From Candidatus Hydrogenedentota bacterium (lineage in GTDB: Bacteria > Hydrogenedentota > Hydrogenedentia > Hydrogenedentales > GCA-2746185), in the NCBI GenBank assembly GCA_029937645.1, contig JAPYPO010000005.1:1-33198 (forward strand): DNA of 33,198 bases, written 5' to 3'. Every line of letters starts with the position of its first letter. Within the stretch, counting starts at the first letter, position 1. The translations under genes and the position numbers were made by a program. Below the pieces are notes generated by a model, which saw only the letters and a program-made list of their open reading frames with translations, was not told the DNA's origin and made no database searches. Shown here in pieces: positions 18,278-27,465 of this stretch.

Positions 18278-18748
18278 ATGAACGTGCCGCCCGCGATAGC
18301 GAAAGCCATGGAACCGTTGACGACTGCCGCGCCGCTGTTGGAGGCGATGGAGCGTCTGGTCGTCTCTGAACCTGCGGACCCGGCCCGATTCGAACTCGCC
18401 GCGAAGGTCGTTCAGAATCCCGTGATTCAGGCGAATCCGACCCTCTGCGCGGGGGTTTGGCTGTACGTTGACGCGCTCGACCGGAGCCATACGATAAGCC
18501 AAGGGGTGAAGGATGCGACGGGCTCGTTTTGGCATGGCATCATGCACCGGCGCGAGGGTGATTTTAGCAATAGCCATTATTGGTTCCACAGGACGGGCGA
18601 CCATCCGGCCATGGCGGACATCTCGGGCTACGATCCCCACGCGTTTATCGACCAAGTGGAGGATCGAAGCGAAGCGGATTCCCCCGCGCTTGTAGCGATG
18701 CAGCGCCGGGAATGGCAGACGCTGTTTGAGTGGTGCGCCAATCGATGA
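18278..18748 (+). CDS. Conserved hypothetical alpha-helical protein
   Basis: GVWLY...LD.SH.ISQ, G.FWHGIMHRREGDFSNS.YWF, QR.EW..LF.WC; a recognisable uncharacterised family pattern. Confidence 0.75.
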   Translation: MNVPPAIAKAMEPLTTAAPLLEAMERLVVSEPADPARFELAAKVVQNPVIQANPTLCAGVWLYVDALDRSHTISQGVKDATGSFWHGIMHRREGDFSNSHYWFHRTGDHPAMADISGYDPHAFIDQVEDRSEADSPALVAMQRREWQTLFEWCANR

Positions 18749-18850
18749 TGTCTCCGTATTTGGCGTCGTTTGCGCGGGGTCTGGGGGGCTGATATGATCA
18801 CGGGTAACGGGGCGGGTCTGGCCCGCAGAATCTTGACGTGGAGGACGACC

Positions 18851-19873
18851 ATGCGTTTAGCGCGCAGTGTAACGGCATTTGCTTTGGCAACGGTGATATT
18901 GGCCCCTGTGGTGGCGCACGGCCAGTGGATTTGGACGCCGCAGACAGGCCGCTTCATCAATTTGAAGAATCTGCCTAAGGAGACTCCGGAACTCCAGATC
19001 GAGTTTGCCCGCGGGCTGATGATCGATGGAAAGTATAAGCAGGCTCTGGGGGAGACGGGCAAGTTTAACCGCTATTACGGGGACACGGAGCGGGCGGACG
19101 AGAACCAGTTCCTCCGTGGCGAAATCAAGATGGCCCAGGGCGATTTGGTCGAGGCCGCTGACGAATTTCAGGTAGTCCTCTCAAGTTTTCCGGACAGCCA
19201 GTATTTTGACGAGGTCATCGTGAAGCAGTATGAAATCGGGGATTCCCTTTTCGAGAAGGGCCGCGTCAGCCTCGAAGCGAAGGCGGACCGCCGCTGGTAC
19301 AAGTCGCGCTGGAATCCCTTTCGCAAGCGCCCGTTTAAGAAAGCGATTGAGGTGTATTCGCTCGTTCGTGATAACCAGCCGTTCACGGACGCGGCGGCCC
19401 AGGCGCAATATAAGATTGGGTTGAGCCACTTTACCCGCGAGCAGTACATGGAAGCTGGATTGGAGTACCGCCAACTCTTGGACGTCTACCCAAATTCGGA
19501 CTATGTCCGCGAAGCGTCCTTTGGGCTTGTCCAGACGTATCACGAGCTGTCGCTCAGCCCCGACTACGACCAAGATCCCAGCCAGTTGACCATTGACCGC
19601 ATTGACGACTTCACGGCGCAATTTTCACGGGATGAACGCCTGGAGGAACTCGGACAGGTCCGCGCCGAGATGACGGAAAATATCGCGCAGCAGCGTTTGC
19701 AGACCGCCAAGTTTTATGAGCGCCGACGGCTATTCCTCTCGGCGCACATCTCGTATCAGGCGCTCATGGACCAGTATCCCGACTCGGAGGCGGGCCGTAC
19801 GGCGCAGGAGTGGCTCAGCCAACATGCGGGACCCCAGTCAACCCAAGCCCGTTTTGTCGGGTTGGCGGACTAA
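18851..19873 (+). CDS. bamD: BamD-like TPR outer-membrane assembly factor
   Basis: Signal peptide then WIWTPQTG; TPR repeats, A..AQYKIG, Y......YP.S, DYDQ, AKFYERR, A...Y. Located in bamD-lptE-holA order. Confidence 0.75.
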   Translation: MRLARSVTAFALATVILAPVVAHGQWIWTPQTGRFINLKNLPKETPELQIEFARGLMIDGKYKQALGETGKFNRYYGDTERADENQFLRGEIKMAQGDLVEAADEFQVVLSSFPDSQYFDEVIVKQYEIGDSLFEKGRVSLEAKADRRWYKSRWNPFRKRPFKKAIEVYSLVRDNQPFTDAAAQAQYKIGLSHFTREQYMEAGLEYRQLLDVYPNSDYVREASFGLVQTYHELSLSPDYDQDPSQLTIDRIDDFTAQFSRDERLEELGQVRAEMTENIAQQRLQTAKFYERRRLFLSAHISYQALMDQYPDSEAGRTAQEWLSQHAGPQSTQARFVGLAD

Positions 19874-19877
19874 GTCG

Positions 19878-20471
19878 ATGGACAGGGTGCTTGCGACCCG
19901 GCTTCGGCATGCTGGCTGGCTTCGGTTCACGGTGGGCATTCTCGCGCTTGGCGTTTTGGCCGGTTGCGGCTACACGCTCAGCTCGACGTTGGATCAGAAG
20001 TATCAGACGATCCACGTCGCCGCGTTTCTCAATGAGAGCCGAGAATACGATCTACAAGCGCCCCTGACGAACGCTCTGATCCGAAAATTTTTGACGGACG
20101 GACGGCTTGAGGTCGTTGACATGGAGACCGCGGACCTGCTGGTTGAAGGGGTTATCCTGGGATACCGGCAGAAGGGCCTTACCTTCGATCCTGACGATGA
20201 GGTCACGCAATTTCTTACGGTCATCTCGGCGGGAGTTCGACTGACGGACCGGCAAACGGGCGAGGTCATTTGGGAAGATCCACTCATGGCGGGGGAAACC
20301 AGCTATTACACCCGCGTGATCGGCGCAACGTCCGACCGGCTCAGGGGCAACGCGGAAACATTCTTGCCTACCGTCCGCTCGTTTCAGACGCAAGAGGAAA
20401 ACTTCGCGGCCTCGGAGGCGCTTGAGCAATTGGCGTCGGATATTTATTACCGCACGATCGAGCCCTGGTAG
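19878..20471 (+). CDS. lptE: LptE-family LPS assembly lipoprotein
   Basis: Lipobox LAGC + GY; I.V..F.N, LT..L...F, AD..V.G.I, V.L.D..TG.VIW, terminal W; directly upstream of holA. Confidence 0.75.
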   Translation: MDRVLATRLRHAGWLRFTVGILALGVLAGCGYTLSSTLDQKYQTIHVAAFLNESREYDLQAPLTNALIRKFLTDGRLEVVDMETADLLVEGVILGYRQKGLTFDPDDEVTQFLTVISAGVRLTDRQTGEVIWEDPLMAGETSYYTRVIGATSDRLRGNAETFLPTVRSFQTQEENFAASEALEQLASDIYYRTIEPW

Positions 20472-20494
20472 ATGAACCCACCCCTGGGAGGCGC

Positions 20495-21517
20495 ATGAAC
20501 GTAGCGGATTTTATTGGCGGTATCGATTCGGGCGCGGTCTCTGCCCCGGTCTATTTGTTTTGCCCCGGTAAGCCTCCGCGTGCCCGCGCCGCCACCTTCG
20601 AACCCTTCCTGGTCGAACGCGCTCTCGAATTGTTCGTGGACAAAGCCATCGATCCCGCGTCAAAAGAATTCGCCTACGCGGCGTACTACGCCGACGAAAC
20701 TCCCGTGGAAAGCGTCGTCATGGAGGCGCAAACGCTCCCCTTCTTGGCGGACCGGCGCGTGGTGGTGGTGCGCAACGCGGATCGCTATCTGAGTGAGTCG
20801 AACGCCGGGCCCATGTTGCAATACCTTTCCGATCCAAATTCGGCCACGGTGCTGTTGATGGTGACGGACCGCGTGGATAAGCGGACGAAATTTTATAAGG
20901 CCTGCGCGAAGGTTGGCGAGATCGTCGAGTCGCCCGAACTGTCGGAAGCGGAGGCGCGGAAATGGGCGCAGAAGGAAGTCGAAAAACGCGAGCGCACGAT
21001 TGAACGGGACGCCCTGGAAGAGTTGGTTCGGCGTGCGGGAAATCACCTGAGCGATGTGTCCAACTCGATCACCATCCTCATTAATTTTCTGGGCGATGAA
21101 ACGCACACGATTACCGTCGATGCCGTGATCGCGGCGAGCGCCGATGTGGCGGAAGAGGAAGTGTGGGCGCTGACCGACGCGATCGCTGCGTCGCAACCCG
21201 GCTTGGCGCTGGCCTCGCTGCGGCGGCTGACGGACCTCGGCAAACACCCGGACGAACTGCTCGGCACCATCAACTGGCTGCTGAAAAGCGCCTACGCGGT
21301 CGCGGCGGCGGATGGCCCTCCACCGATCAGCCGGTTCGTCGCACAAAAGGTGACCCCGCTGGCCACGAAGTTGGGCGCACGGAAAATGCGCGCTGCCTTC
21401 GCCTTGTGCACGGACACCCAGTTTATGATGAGAAATACGGGCACAGACGCGGTACTCGCGCTGGAGTTGCTCGTGGTAAAACTCGCCTACCCTCGAGGGC
21501 GCCGAAAAAGCGCCTGA
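20495..21517 (+). CDS. holA: DNA polymerase III delta subunit
   Basis: PVYLF, A.TLPF.ADRRVVVV, DKRTKFYK, L...AG..L, VW.L.DAI, LELLV. GGAGG RBS. Confidence 0.9.
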   Translation: MNVADFIGGIDSGAVSAPVYLFCPGKPPRARAATFEPFLVERALELFVDKAIDPASKEFAYAAYYADETPVESVVMEAQTLPFLADRRVVVVRNADRYLSESNAGPMLQYLSDPNSATVLLMVTDRVDKRTKFYKACAKVGEIVESPELSEAEARKWAQKEVEKRERTIERDALEELVRRAGNHLSDVSNSITILINFLGDETHTITVDAVIAASADVAEEEVWALTDAIAASQPGLALASLRRLTDLGKHPDELLGTINWLLKSAYAVAAADGPPPISRFVAQKVTPLATKLGARKMRAAFALCTDTQFMMRNTGTDAVLALELLVVKLAYPRGRRKSA

Positions 21518-21721
21518 CCTCGATTCGGCCCCTTGGAACTTTACAGCATGGGTCGGTGTATAATGGTACTGGTAACAACCGTGTGGTACTGGGCGGTAAT
21601 TGTTGCCCGGACGCCTCGAAGCGTTCTTTACAAAAGGGATTGAGCTTGATGCGTACGCAACGCCGGTGGGTGCCGCAGCCTGGTCGTCTATGACGCCGTG
21701 GGCCGCTTCGTATTCTCGCGA

Positions 21722-21775
21722 AGTGTCTTGCAAACCCGGTAGTGTCTTGTAAACGAGGCGTTTACGGACTACAAT
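21722..21775 (+). promoter_or_regulatory. tatA promoter with tandem direct repeat
   Basis: TTGTAA (21747-21752), 17 nt, TACAAT (21770-21775); repeat agtgtcttg(c/t)aaac at 21722-21735 and 21741-21754. Confidence 0.5.
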
Positions 21776-21822
21776 TGAGCGTCTGTATGCGCGGTACAAC
21801 TCTATTTTTAAGGAGATAAGAT

Positions 21823-21996
21823 ATGTGGACCCCTGGAATGGGTGAGCTTCTTGTAATTTTGGTCATCGTGATGATCATCTTCGGCGCGGGAAAACTCCCG
21901 CAAGTCGGTCGGTCTCTGGGCTCGGCGATCAACGAGTTCAAGAACAGTGTGAAGCCCGAAGACGAAGAAGACGAACCCACCGAAAAAGAAGACTAA
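21823..21996 (+). CDS. tatA: Twin-arginine translocase TatA/E (57 aa, absent from ORF track)
   Basis: MWTPGMGELLVILVIVMIIFGAGKLPQVGRSLGSAINEFKNSVKPEDEEDEPTEKED; AAGGAG RBS. Confidence 0.95.
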   Translation: MWTPGMGELLVILVIVMIIFGAGKLPQVGRSLGSAINEFKNSVKPEDEEDEPTEKED

Positions 21997-22019
21997 ACTC
22001 TAACTAAATTAATTTCGTG

Positions 22020-22058
22020 GCACGGGACAGCCGGACAGGCGTCCCGTGCTGTTTTTTT
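22020..22058 (+). terminator. Rho-independent terminator after tatA
   Basis: gcacgggac / gtcccgtgc stem followed by tgttttttt. Confidence 0.75.
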
Positions 22059-22313
22059 GGGATTGCACTGCCCATGCCATGTCAATGCGAGTGTGGACCC
22101 GCTACGCAGGGAATTGGGATAAGAACATAGGAGTGAAACGGGTGGCACCTTCAAACTTGTTTGGAGGAGTTTGCGCCTTCAGCGCACGGTACTTCCTTAC
22201 CGCTCTTGGGAAAATCTGCCATAAGCAAGCGGAGAATAGGTCAAAGCGAGGCGCCTATCCCGGAATTCCGTGAAGAGCCGATAAAATCGGCTGAAAGTCC
22301 GATCTGTCGTCGC

Positions 22314-23813
22314 CTATTTAACCGGCGAGGCCCAGCCTTTGGATCGTTCCACGGCCTTTTTCCACTCGGAATAGGCCGCCTTGCGCGCGGTGGGTTTCAT
22401 AGCCGGTTTGTATTCGGCGGCGAGCGCCCAATTGCTGGTGACGTCGCTGGTGTTTTTCCAGAAACCCGTGGCGAGTCCCGCAAGGTAGGCCGCGCCGAGC
22501 GCCGTTGTTTCGTGGACGGCCGGGCGCTGGACCTTCACGCCGAGGATGTCTGATTGATATTGCATAAGGGTGTTGTTGAGCGACGCGCCGCCATCCACCT
22601 TCAGCAGTTTGAGCTTCACGCCGGAGTCCGCCTCCATGGCCTCGACCAAGTCCCGCGATTGGTAACACATGGATTCGAGGGTAGCTCGCGCAATGTGCCC
22701 GGCCGTCGTCCCGCGTTCTATGCCAACGATCGTGCCCCGCGCATAAGGGTCCCAATAGGGAGTCCCGAGCCCGACGAACGCCGGCACAAAATATACGCCG
22801 CCATTGTCTGTTTCCGTCAGGGCCAGCTTCTCGATAGCGGGTGCGGTCTTGATGAGCTTGAGTCCATCCCGCAACCATTGAACCGCCGCGCCAGCCACGA
22901 AAACAGAGCCTTCTAAGCAGTAAGTGACCTCTCCGTCGAGCCCCCAGCCGATGGTGGTCAGGAGACCGTTTTTCGAGGCCACGGCTTTGGTTCCCGTGTT
23001 CATGAGCATGAAGCAACCGGTGCCGTAGGTATTCTTGACCATGCCCGGCTTGAAACAGCCTTGGCCAAAGGTGGCCGCCTGCTGATCGCCCGCGATTCCC
23101 GTGACGGGCAAGGCCGCGCCGAATAACTTGGGGTCCGTTTCGCCGAAGAAACCGCTCGAAGGTTTGACCTCCGGCAGCATCGCTCTGGGGACGTCGAGTA
23201 TCTTGAGCAGTTGGGCATCCCATTTCAGGGTGTGGATATTGAAGAGGAGCGTGCGGCTGGCGTTGCTGTAGTCGGTCGCGTGGACCTTACCGCCGGTGAG
23301 CCGCCACAGAAGGTAGGTGTCGATTGTGCCCGCCAGGATTTCGCCTTTCTCGGCGCGTTTGCGCAAGCCCCTATACTTGTCGAGGAGGTACTTTATCTTC
23401 GTGCCCGAAAAGTACGCGTCTACCACCAGGCCCGTCTTTTTCTGGAAGGTTCTTTCCAAGCCCTCCTTGATGAGCGCGTCGCAGATGGGCGCGGTAATTC
23501 GGCTTTGCCAGACGATGGCGTTGTGGACCGGTTTGCCGGTGGACTTTTCCCAAAGAACAATCGTCTCGCGCTGGTTCGTGATGCCAATCGCCGCAATGTC
23601 TTTGGGCTTGGCATTGGCCTTCTTGATGGCGCTTCGTGCCGTCGACAGTTGCGATTTCCAGATCGCTTCCGGGTCGTGCTCGACGTGCCCGGGCAACGGA
23701 AATATCTGGGGGAACTCTTTCTGCGCAGACGTGTGGACACGCCCGTCCTTTTTGAAAAGTATGGCGCGGCTTGAGGTCGTTCCTTGGTCGAGCGCGAGAA
23801 CATATTTGGCCAT
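22314..23813 (-). CDS. glpK: Glycerol kinase
   Basis: [75 protein letters not shown]. Confidence 0.97.
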   Translation of the reverse strand: MAKYVLALDQGTTSSRAILFKKDGRVHTSAQKEFPQIFPLPGHVEHDPEAIWKSQLSTARSAIKKANAKPKDIAAIGITNQRETIVLWEKSTGKPVHNAIVWQSRITAPICDALIKEGLERTFQKKTGLVVDAYFSGTKIKYLLDKYRGLRKRAEKGEILAGTIDTYLLWRLTGGKVHATDYSNASRTLLFNIHTLKWDAQLLKILDVPRAMLPEVKPSSGFFGETDPKLFGAALPVTGIAGDQQAATFGQGCFKPGMVKNTYGTGCFMLMNTGTKAVASKNGLLTTIGWGLDGEVTYCLEGSVFVAGAAVQWLRDGLKLIKTAPAIEKLALTETDNGGVYFVPAFVGLGTPYWDPYARGTIVGIERGTTAGHIARATLESMCYQSRDLVEAMEADSGVKLKLLKVDGGASLNNTLMQYQSDILGVKVQRPAVHETTALGAAYLAGLATGFWKNTSDVTSNWALAAEYKPAMKPTARKAAYSEWKKAVERSKGWASPVK

Positions 23814-23858
23814 CGGTTGGGTCTCCTTTTCAGCGGCGTACAGCCGATTGCGAAGCCG

Positions 23859-24620
23859 TTAGAGAGCCCAAGCTCCACCCAGCGCCTTGTAGGCGATGGC
23901 CCCGGCGATTCCACCCGCGATAGGCCCAGCGACCGGTATCCACGAGTACGCCCAATCCGAGGGTCCCTTCCCGGGAATGGGCAGAATTGCGTGTGCGATG
24001 CGGGGTCCGAGGTCGCGCGCGGGGTTAATCGCGTAGCCGGTGGGTCCGCCAAGGCTTATTCCAATGCCGAAGACCAGTAAGCCAACGAGGAGTGGCGCGA
24101 TGCCCGTCGCGTAGACCGCAGCAAGATCAATATCGCCCGCATCGGAAATGGCGCCTGCGTTGGCCCCAATGGACAGGACGCCAAAAAGGAGCATGGCGGT
24201 GCCGATGAACTCGCAAAGGAAGTTTGCGGGCGTAGATGGTATTGCCGGTGAGTTACAGAAGACGGCCAGCTTCTTGCCGGGGTCTTCGGTTGCACGCCAA
24301 TGGGGGAAGTACGCGAGAAAAACGAGGATCGCTCCGGCAATCGCGCCGACCATCTGGGCGGCGACATAGCCCGGGACCATGGCCCAATCGAATTGTCCGA
24401 TGGAAGCCAACCCAAAGGTCACGGCGGGGTTGATATGGGCGCCGCTGATGCGGCCTACGGAGTACACGGCCAAAGCCACGGCCAGGCCCCAGCCTGTGGT
24501 GATAACGATCCAACCGGAATCGTTGCCCTTGGTCTTGGCCAGAAGCACGTTCGCAACGACCCCGTCTCCAAGAAGAACCAGAATAAGAGTGCCTATGAAT
24601 TCCGCGACATATTGATCCAA
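23859..24620 (-). CDS. glpF: Glycerol uptake facilitator (MIP aquaglyceroporin)
   Basis: AEFIGT, SGAHINPAVT, GGPTGYAINPARDLGPR (NPARD, glyceroporin type). TTG start after AGGAG. Confidence 0.95.
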   Translation of the reverse strand: MDQYVAEFIGTLILVLLGDGVVANVLLAKTKGNDSGWIVITTGWGLAVALAVYSVGRISGAHINPAVTFGLASIGQFDWAMVPGYVAAQMVGAIAGAILVFLAYFPHWRATEDPGKKLAVFCNSPAIPSTPANFLCEFIGTAMLLFGVLSIGANAGAISDAGDIDLAAVYATGIAPLLVGLLVFGIGISLGGPTGYAINPARDLGPRIAHAILPIPGKGPSDWAYSWIPVAGPIAGGIAGAIAYKALGGAWAL

Positions 24621-24684
24621 GGTATCGTCTCCTTTTTTTCGGCGTTATCTGGCTTCCAACAACCCTGACTCTACCCTAGGCGCG

Positions 24685-25743
24685 CTACGGAATAAAGTTA
24701 GCGGTCGATTTGAGCGTCAGTATCCACTCGGAGATTAGTTTGGCGCAATTCTCGGCATCTTTCAACGACACCATCTCGACCGGAGAATGCATATAGCGGT
24801 TGGGAATGCTGACCAGTCCGGTCGCGACGCCGCCCCGGCTCAATTGAATGGCGTTTGCGTCGGTGCCCGTGCCCCTCGGCGCGGCCTCCGCCTGAACGGG
24901 AATCTTCCTTTTCTTGGCGATGGCGAAAAGTTGTTTGGCGATTTTCGGGTTAATGTTAGGGCCTCGACTAACCATCGGGCCGCCATCAAGCTCGAAGTAG
25001 CCGTGGCGTTTACTGTCCACATCCGGATGATCCGTGGCATGGGAAACGTCGACCGCGATGGCCGCGTGGGGGTCGCACCCGTAGGCGCTGGTCGTCGCGC
25101 CACGCAATCCGATTTCTTCCTGCACCGTCGTGACGCCGTACACGGCGCACTCGATCTTCTTGTTCGCAATCAAGCGCATGACTTCCAACACGACAAACGC
25201 GCCAATCCGGTCGTCCATGGCCCGCGCGACCATCCGCCCGTTCATCAGTTCCAAGTGGGTCACGTTCATGGTCGCAGGGTCGCCAATCGCGACATGCTTT
25301 TCCGCTTCGTTCTTCGATCGCGCGCCTATGTCGATCCACATCTGATGCATCTTCATGCCCTTGCCGCGGTCGGCCAGATCGGTGAGGTGAATGGCGCGGC
25401 GACCGATAACGCCGGGAAGCGCGCCTTTCTCCGTGTGGATTTGCACACGCTGACCATCGAGCACAGATGGATCGACTCCTCCTATGGCCATAAAACCCAG
25501 GAAGCCCTTGCTGTCAATATGATTGACCATCAGCGCGATCTCATCGACATGACCGGCCAACATGATACGCAGCTTGCCCTTCGGATTCTTCACATGGAAC
25601 TGATTCCCGTGAACATCTTTGTAGATTTTATCCACGTAAGGCGTGGCGTAATCCTTGCACACCTTCTGGATCTTCGGTTCGAATCCCGAGGGGCTCGGGG
25701 TCGAAAGCAGTTTCTTGAGGAATGTCAGTGATTCTTTTCGCAT
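24685..25743 (-). CDS. M42 family metallo-aminopeptidase
   Basis: PSPSGFE, AGHVDEI, IGG.D, WIDIGA, DDRIG, TVQEEIGLRGA, GTDA, SIP.RYMHSP.E. Start ATG 25743. Confidence 0.93.
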   Translation of the reverse strand: MRKESLTFLKKLLSTPSPSGFEPKIQKVCKDYATPYVDKIYKDVHGNQFHVKNPKGKLRIMLAGHVDEIALMVNHIDSKGFLGFMAIGGVDPSVLDGQRVQIHTEKGALPGVIGRRAIHLTDLADRGKGMKMHQMWIDIGARSKNEAEKHVAIGDPATMNVTHLELMNGRMVARAMDDRIGAFVVLEVMRLIANKKIECAVYGVTTVQEEIGLRGATTSAYGCDPHAAIAVDVSHATDHPDVDSKRHGYFELDGGPMVSRGPNINPKIAKQLFAIAKKRKIPVQAEAAPRGTGTDANAIQLSRGGVATGLVSIPNRYMHSPVEMVSLKDAENCAKLISEWILTLKSTANFIP

Positions 25744-25978
25744 GTAGAAAGATTCCTGTGTCGATTTTGTTGTGTCCCATATGGGGGGCGACCAAAGAGC
25801 GCGTAAGTTATCGAACCGAGAACGTTCGATCAGCCCGCAGCGCTCGTCAGTCACCAGCGAAATTCGGGAAGCCGCATCATACCAGATCCCGGATTGGAGG
25901 GTCAGCCATGGTCCGAGCGGAGACTGAGGTTCGACAATCTAACACCGGCGACGCTTCCCAATATCGACTGGGTAGCGG

Positions 25979-26332
25979 CTAAAACTCACCCGTAAATTCG
26001 CGCCAGATTTTACGCTGTTTGCTTTGGGCGGCGCGCCAGAGATCGCCGGCCTCGGTTTGCGCTTCACGGAGGCGATCCCGTAGCGCCGTCATATCGAAAC
26101 CCCACCCATTTTCTGAATGAGCGTCGTGGGGCTTTCCTTCGCGCGTTCGTTCGAATTCGTCGATCGCGGCTTGGAGATACTCGGGGGACACGCCCGATTC
26201 CGCAGCCACTTCGTCCAACTCTTCGCGGCTGACGGTATTGGCACGGTGTTGCCGTTTCAATGCGGCGCGGATGATGGCGCGTACGTCCGCGACGGTGTAT
26301 CGCGCCTCTCGAAATTTCTCATCGCTGGCCAT
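25979..26332 (-). CDS. Small soluble hypothetical protein
   Basis: AAGGAG RBS before ATG 26332; Y...DV..I...A...Q....SREEL.E.A.E.G.SPE.L..A helical motif. Confidence 0.65.
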   Translation of the reverse strand: MASDEKFREARYTVADVRAIIRAALKRQHRANTVSREELDEVAAESGVSPEYLQAAIDEFERTREGKPHDAHSENGWGFDMTALRDRLREAQTEAGDLWRAAQSKQRKIWREFTGEF

Positions 26333-26409
26333 AGTTCCAGTCTCCTTATATGTACCTACAGCCGAGAACCACGAATATTCGCGGCGAGGCCGTTGGGTAC
26401 CTGTTTCGA

Positions 26410-26859
26410 TTAATCGGAAACGACGATGGTGTCGCCCACCGACAGTATGCCACCCTGCTTGACGCTGCCGTATACGCCGCCCCGGCATTCGGGCGTTAAG
26501 GCCCCGCGGAGTCCCTGGTGTATTTGATCCATCATGTAACAGGGCTCGGTTTCGCCGTTGATCGTGACCTCGACCTCTCCTATTTTCAGCGACTTGCCGA
26601 GCCACGACTTTAGGGCGGTCCCGCAAACGAGGATATTCGCGCGGCGGGTGTGCCATGGGAGATCGACGTCCAGCTCGGCGAGGGTGTCGGCCCATTGCTC
26701 TTCGGATATGAAGGTGACGCGCCGGTGTTCCTTCGTCGGAATATGCCCTTCAAGGCCGCCCTCGACTGATATGGACGCAGATTCGACGAGGGTCAAGGGA
26801 CGGCCCTGGGCCTCCTTGATGCCGATCGCGGCGATGGTTACGGCGTTGGGTGCTGACAT
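26410..26859 (-). CDS. MOSC domain protein
   Basis: R.VTFI, RANIL, L.IGEV, PC..M, RGGVY..V..GG.L.VGD. GGAGG RBS. Confidence 0.88.
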   Translation of the reverse strand: MSAPNAVTIAAIGIKEAQGRPLTLVESASISVEGGLEGHIPTKEHRRVTFISEEQWADTLAELDVDLPWHTRRANILVCGTALKSWLGKSLKIGEVEVTINGETEPCYMMDQIHQGLRGALTPECRGGVYGSVKQGGILSVGDTIVVSD

Positions 26860-27112
26860 GAGACGTTCCTCCGGACTAAGTCGCGTGGCCTAATGGCGTT
26901 CTCCGAGCGCGGCGTTCACTCAAAGGGGATTGTATCGAATCCCCTGGCGCAGAGAAAAACTTGTTCCCGAGGCGGTCAGGCTCCTGGGCGGCCAGGATCT
27001 TGAGCACCCTTTTCAAATTCGTCTTTTTCCCGTATGATGATCGGTAATAGGGGCATACGCCATACGCATTTGCCGCCGCCTAGAGTTTTGACCGCGCGGC
27101 GAGGAGGACATC

Positions 27113-27418
27113 ATGCACGAATCTCAAGCGTTGGAAATCATGGAAGAGATTTACCCGAAGCTGGACTTGACGAAAGTGGCCGCCAATCTGCACCCGGTGG
27201 ACCACGGCACGAAGTACCTCGTCATGTGCCCGAAGTGCCATAAGAAGGAAGCCTTTTTATCCAAGGAGAACCCGGCCATCCGGTGTAACCGCACGACCCA
27301 CTGCGGGTATCACTCTACGCTGTGGGAATATTACCGGCACGAACATTCGCTGGACGCCGAGCACATGCTCCGAGAATTCGCGAACATGGCGAACCATCCG
27401 CTGCCAGAATCATTCTAG
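27113..27418 (+). CDS. Stand-alone primase-type Cys4 zinc-binding domain protein
   Basis: CPKC.KKEA...P.IRCNR...CG followed by a helical segment L..Y......E.....A..A...LP. GAGGAGGA RBS. Confidence 0.7.
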   Translation: MHESQALEIMEEIYPKLDLTKVAANLHPVDHGTKYLVMCPKCHKKEAFLSKENPAIRCNRTTHCGYHSTLWEYYRHEHSLDAEHMLREFANMANHPLPESF

Positions 27419-27465
27419 GGGATTGGGGACGCGGCCCTTCGGTTGCCGTGTTTCCAGTAGCCCCT
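27418..27465. terminator. GC-rich hairpin between convergent genes
   Basis: tggggacgcggc / gccgtgtttcca stem with G-U pairs around a cUUCGg-containing loop. Confidence 0.45.

Noticed and set aside
21559-21564. TATAAT after holA
   Set aside because: No -35 at suitable spacing; the 21747-21775 promoter fits tatA better.
20660-21799. 379-aa minus-strand ORF
   Set aside because: Antisense shadow of holA with no motifs.
24787-25731. 314-aa plus-strand ORF
   Set aside because: Antisense shadow of the M42 peptidase.
26924-26945. Palindrome aggggatt-gtatcg-aatcccct between the MOSC and zinc-finger genes
   Set aside because: An 8-bp stem could be an operator but has no second copy or supporting context; too weak to call.
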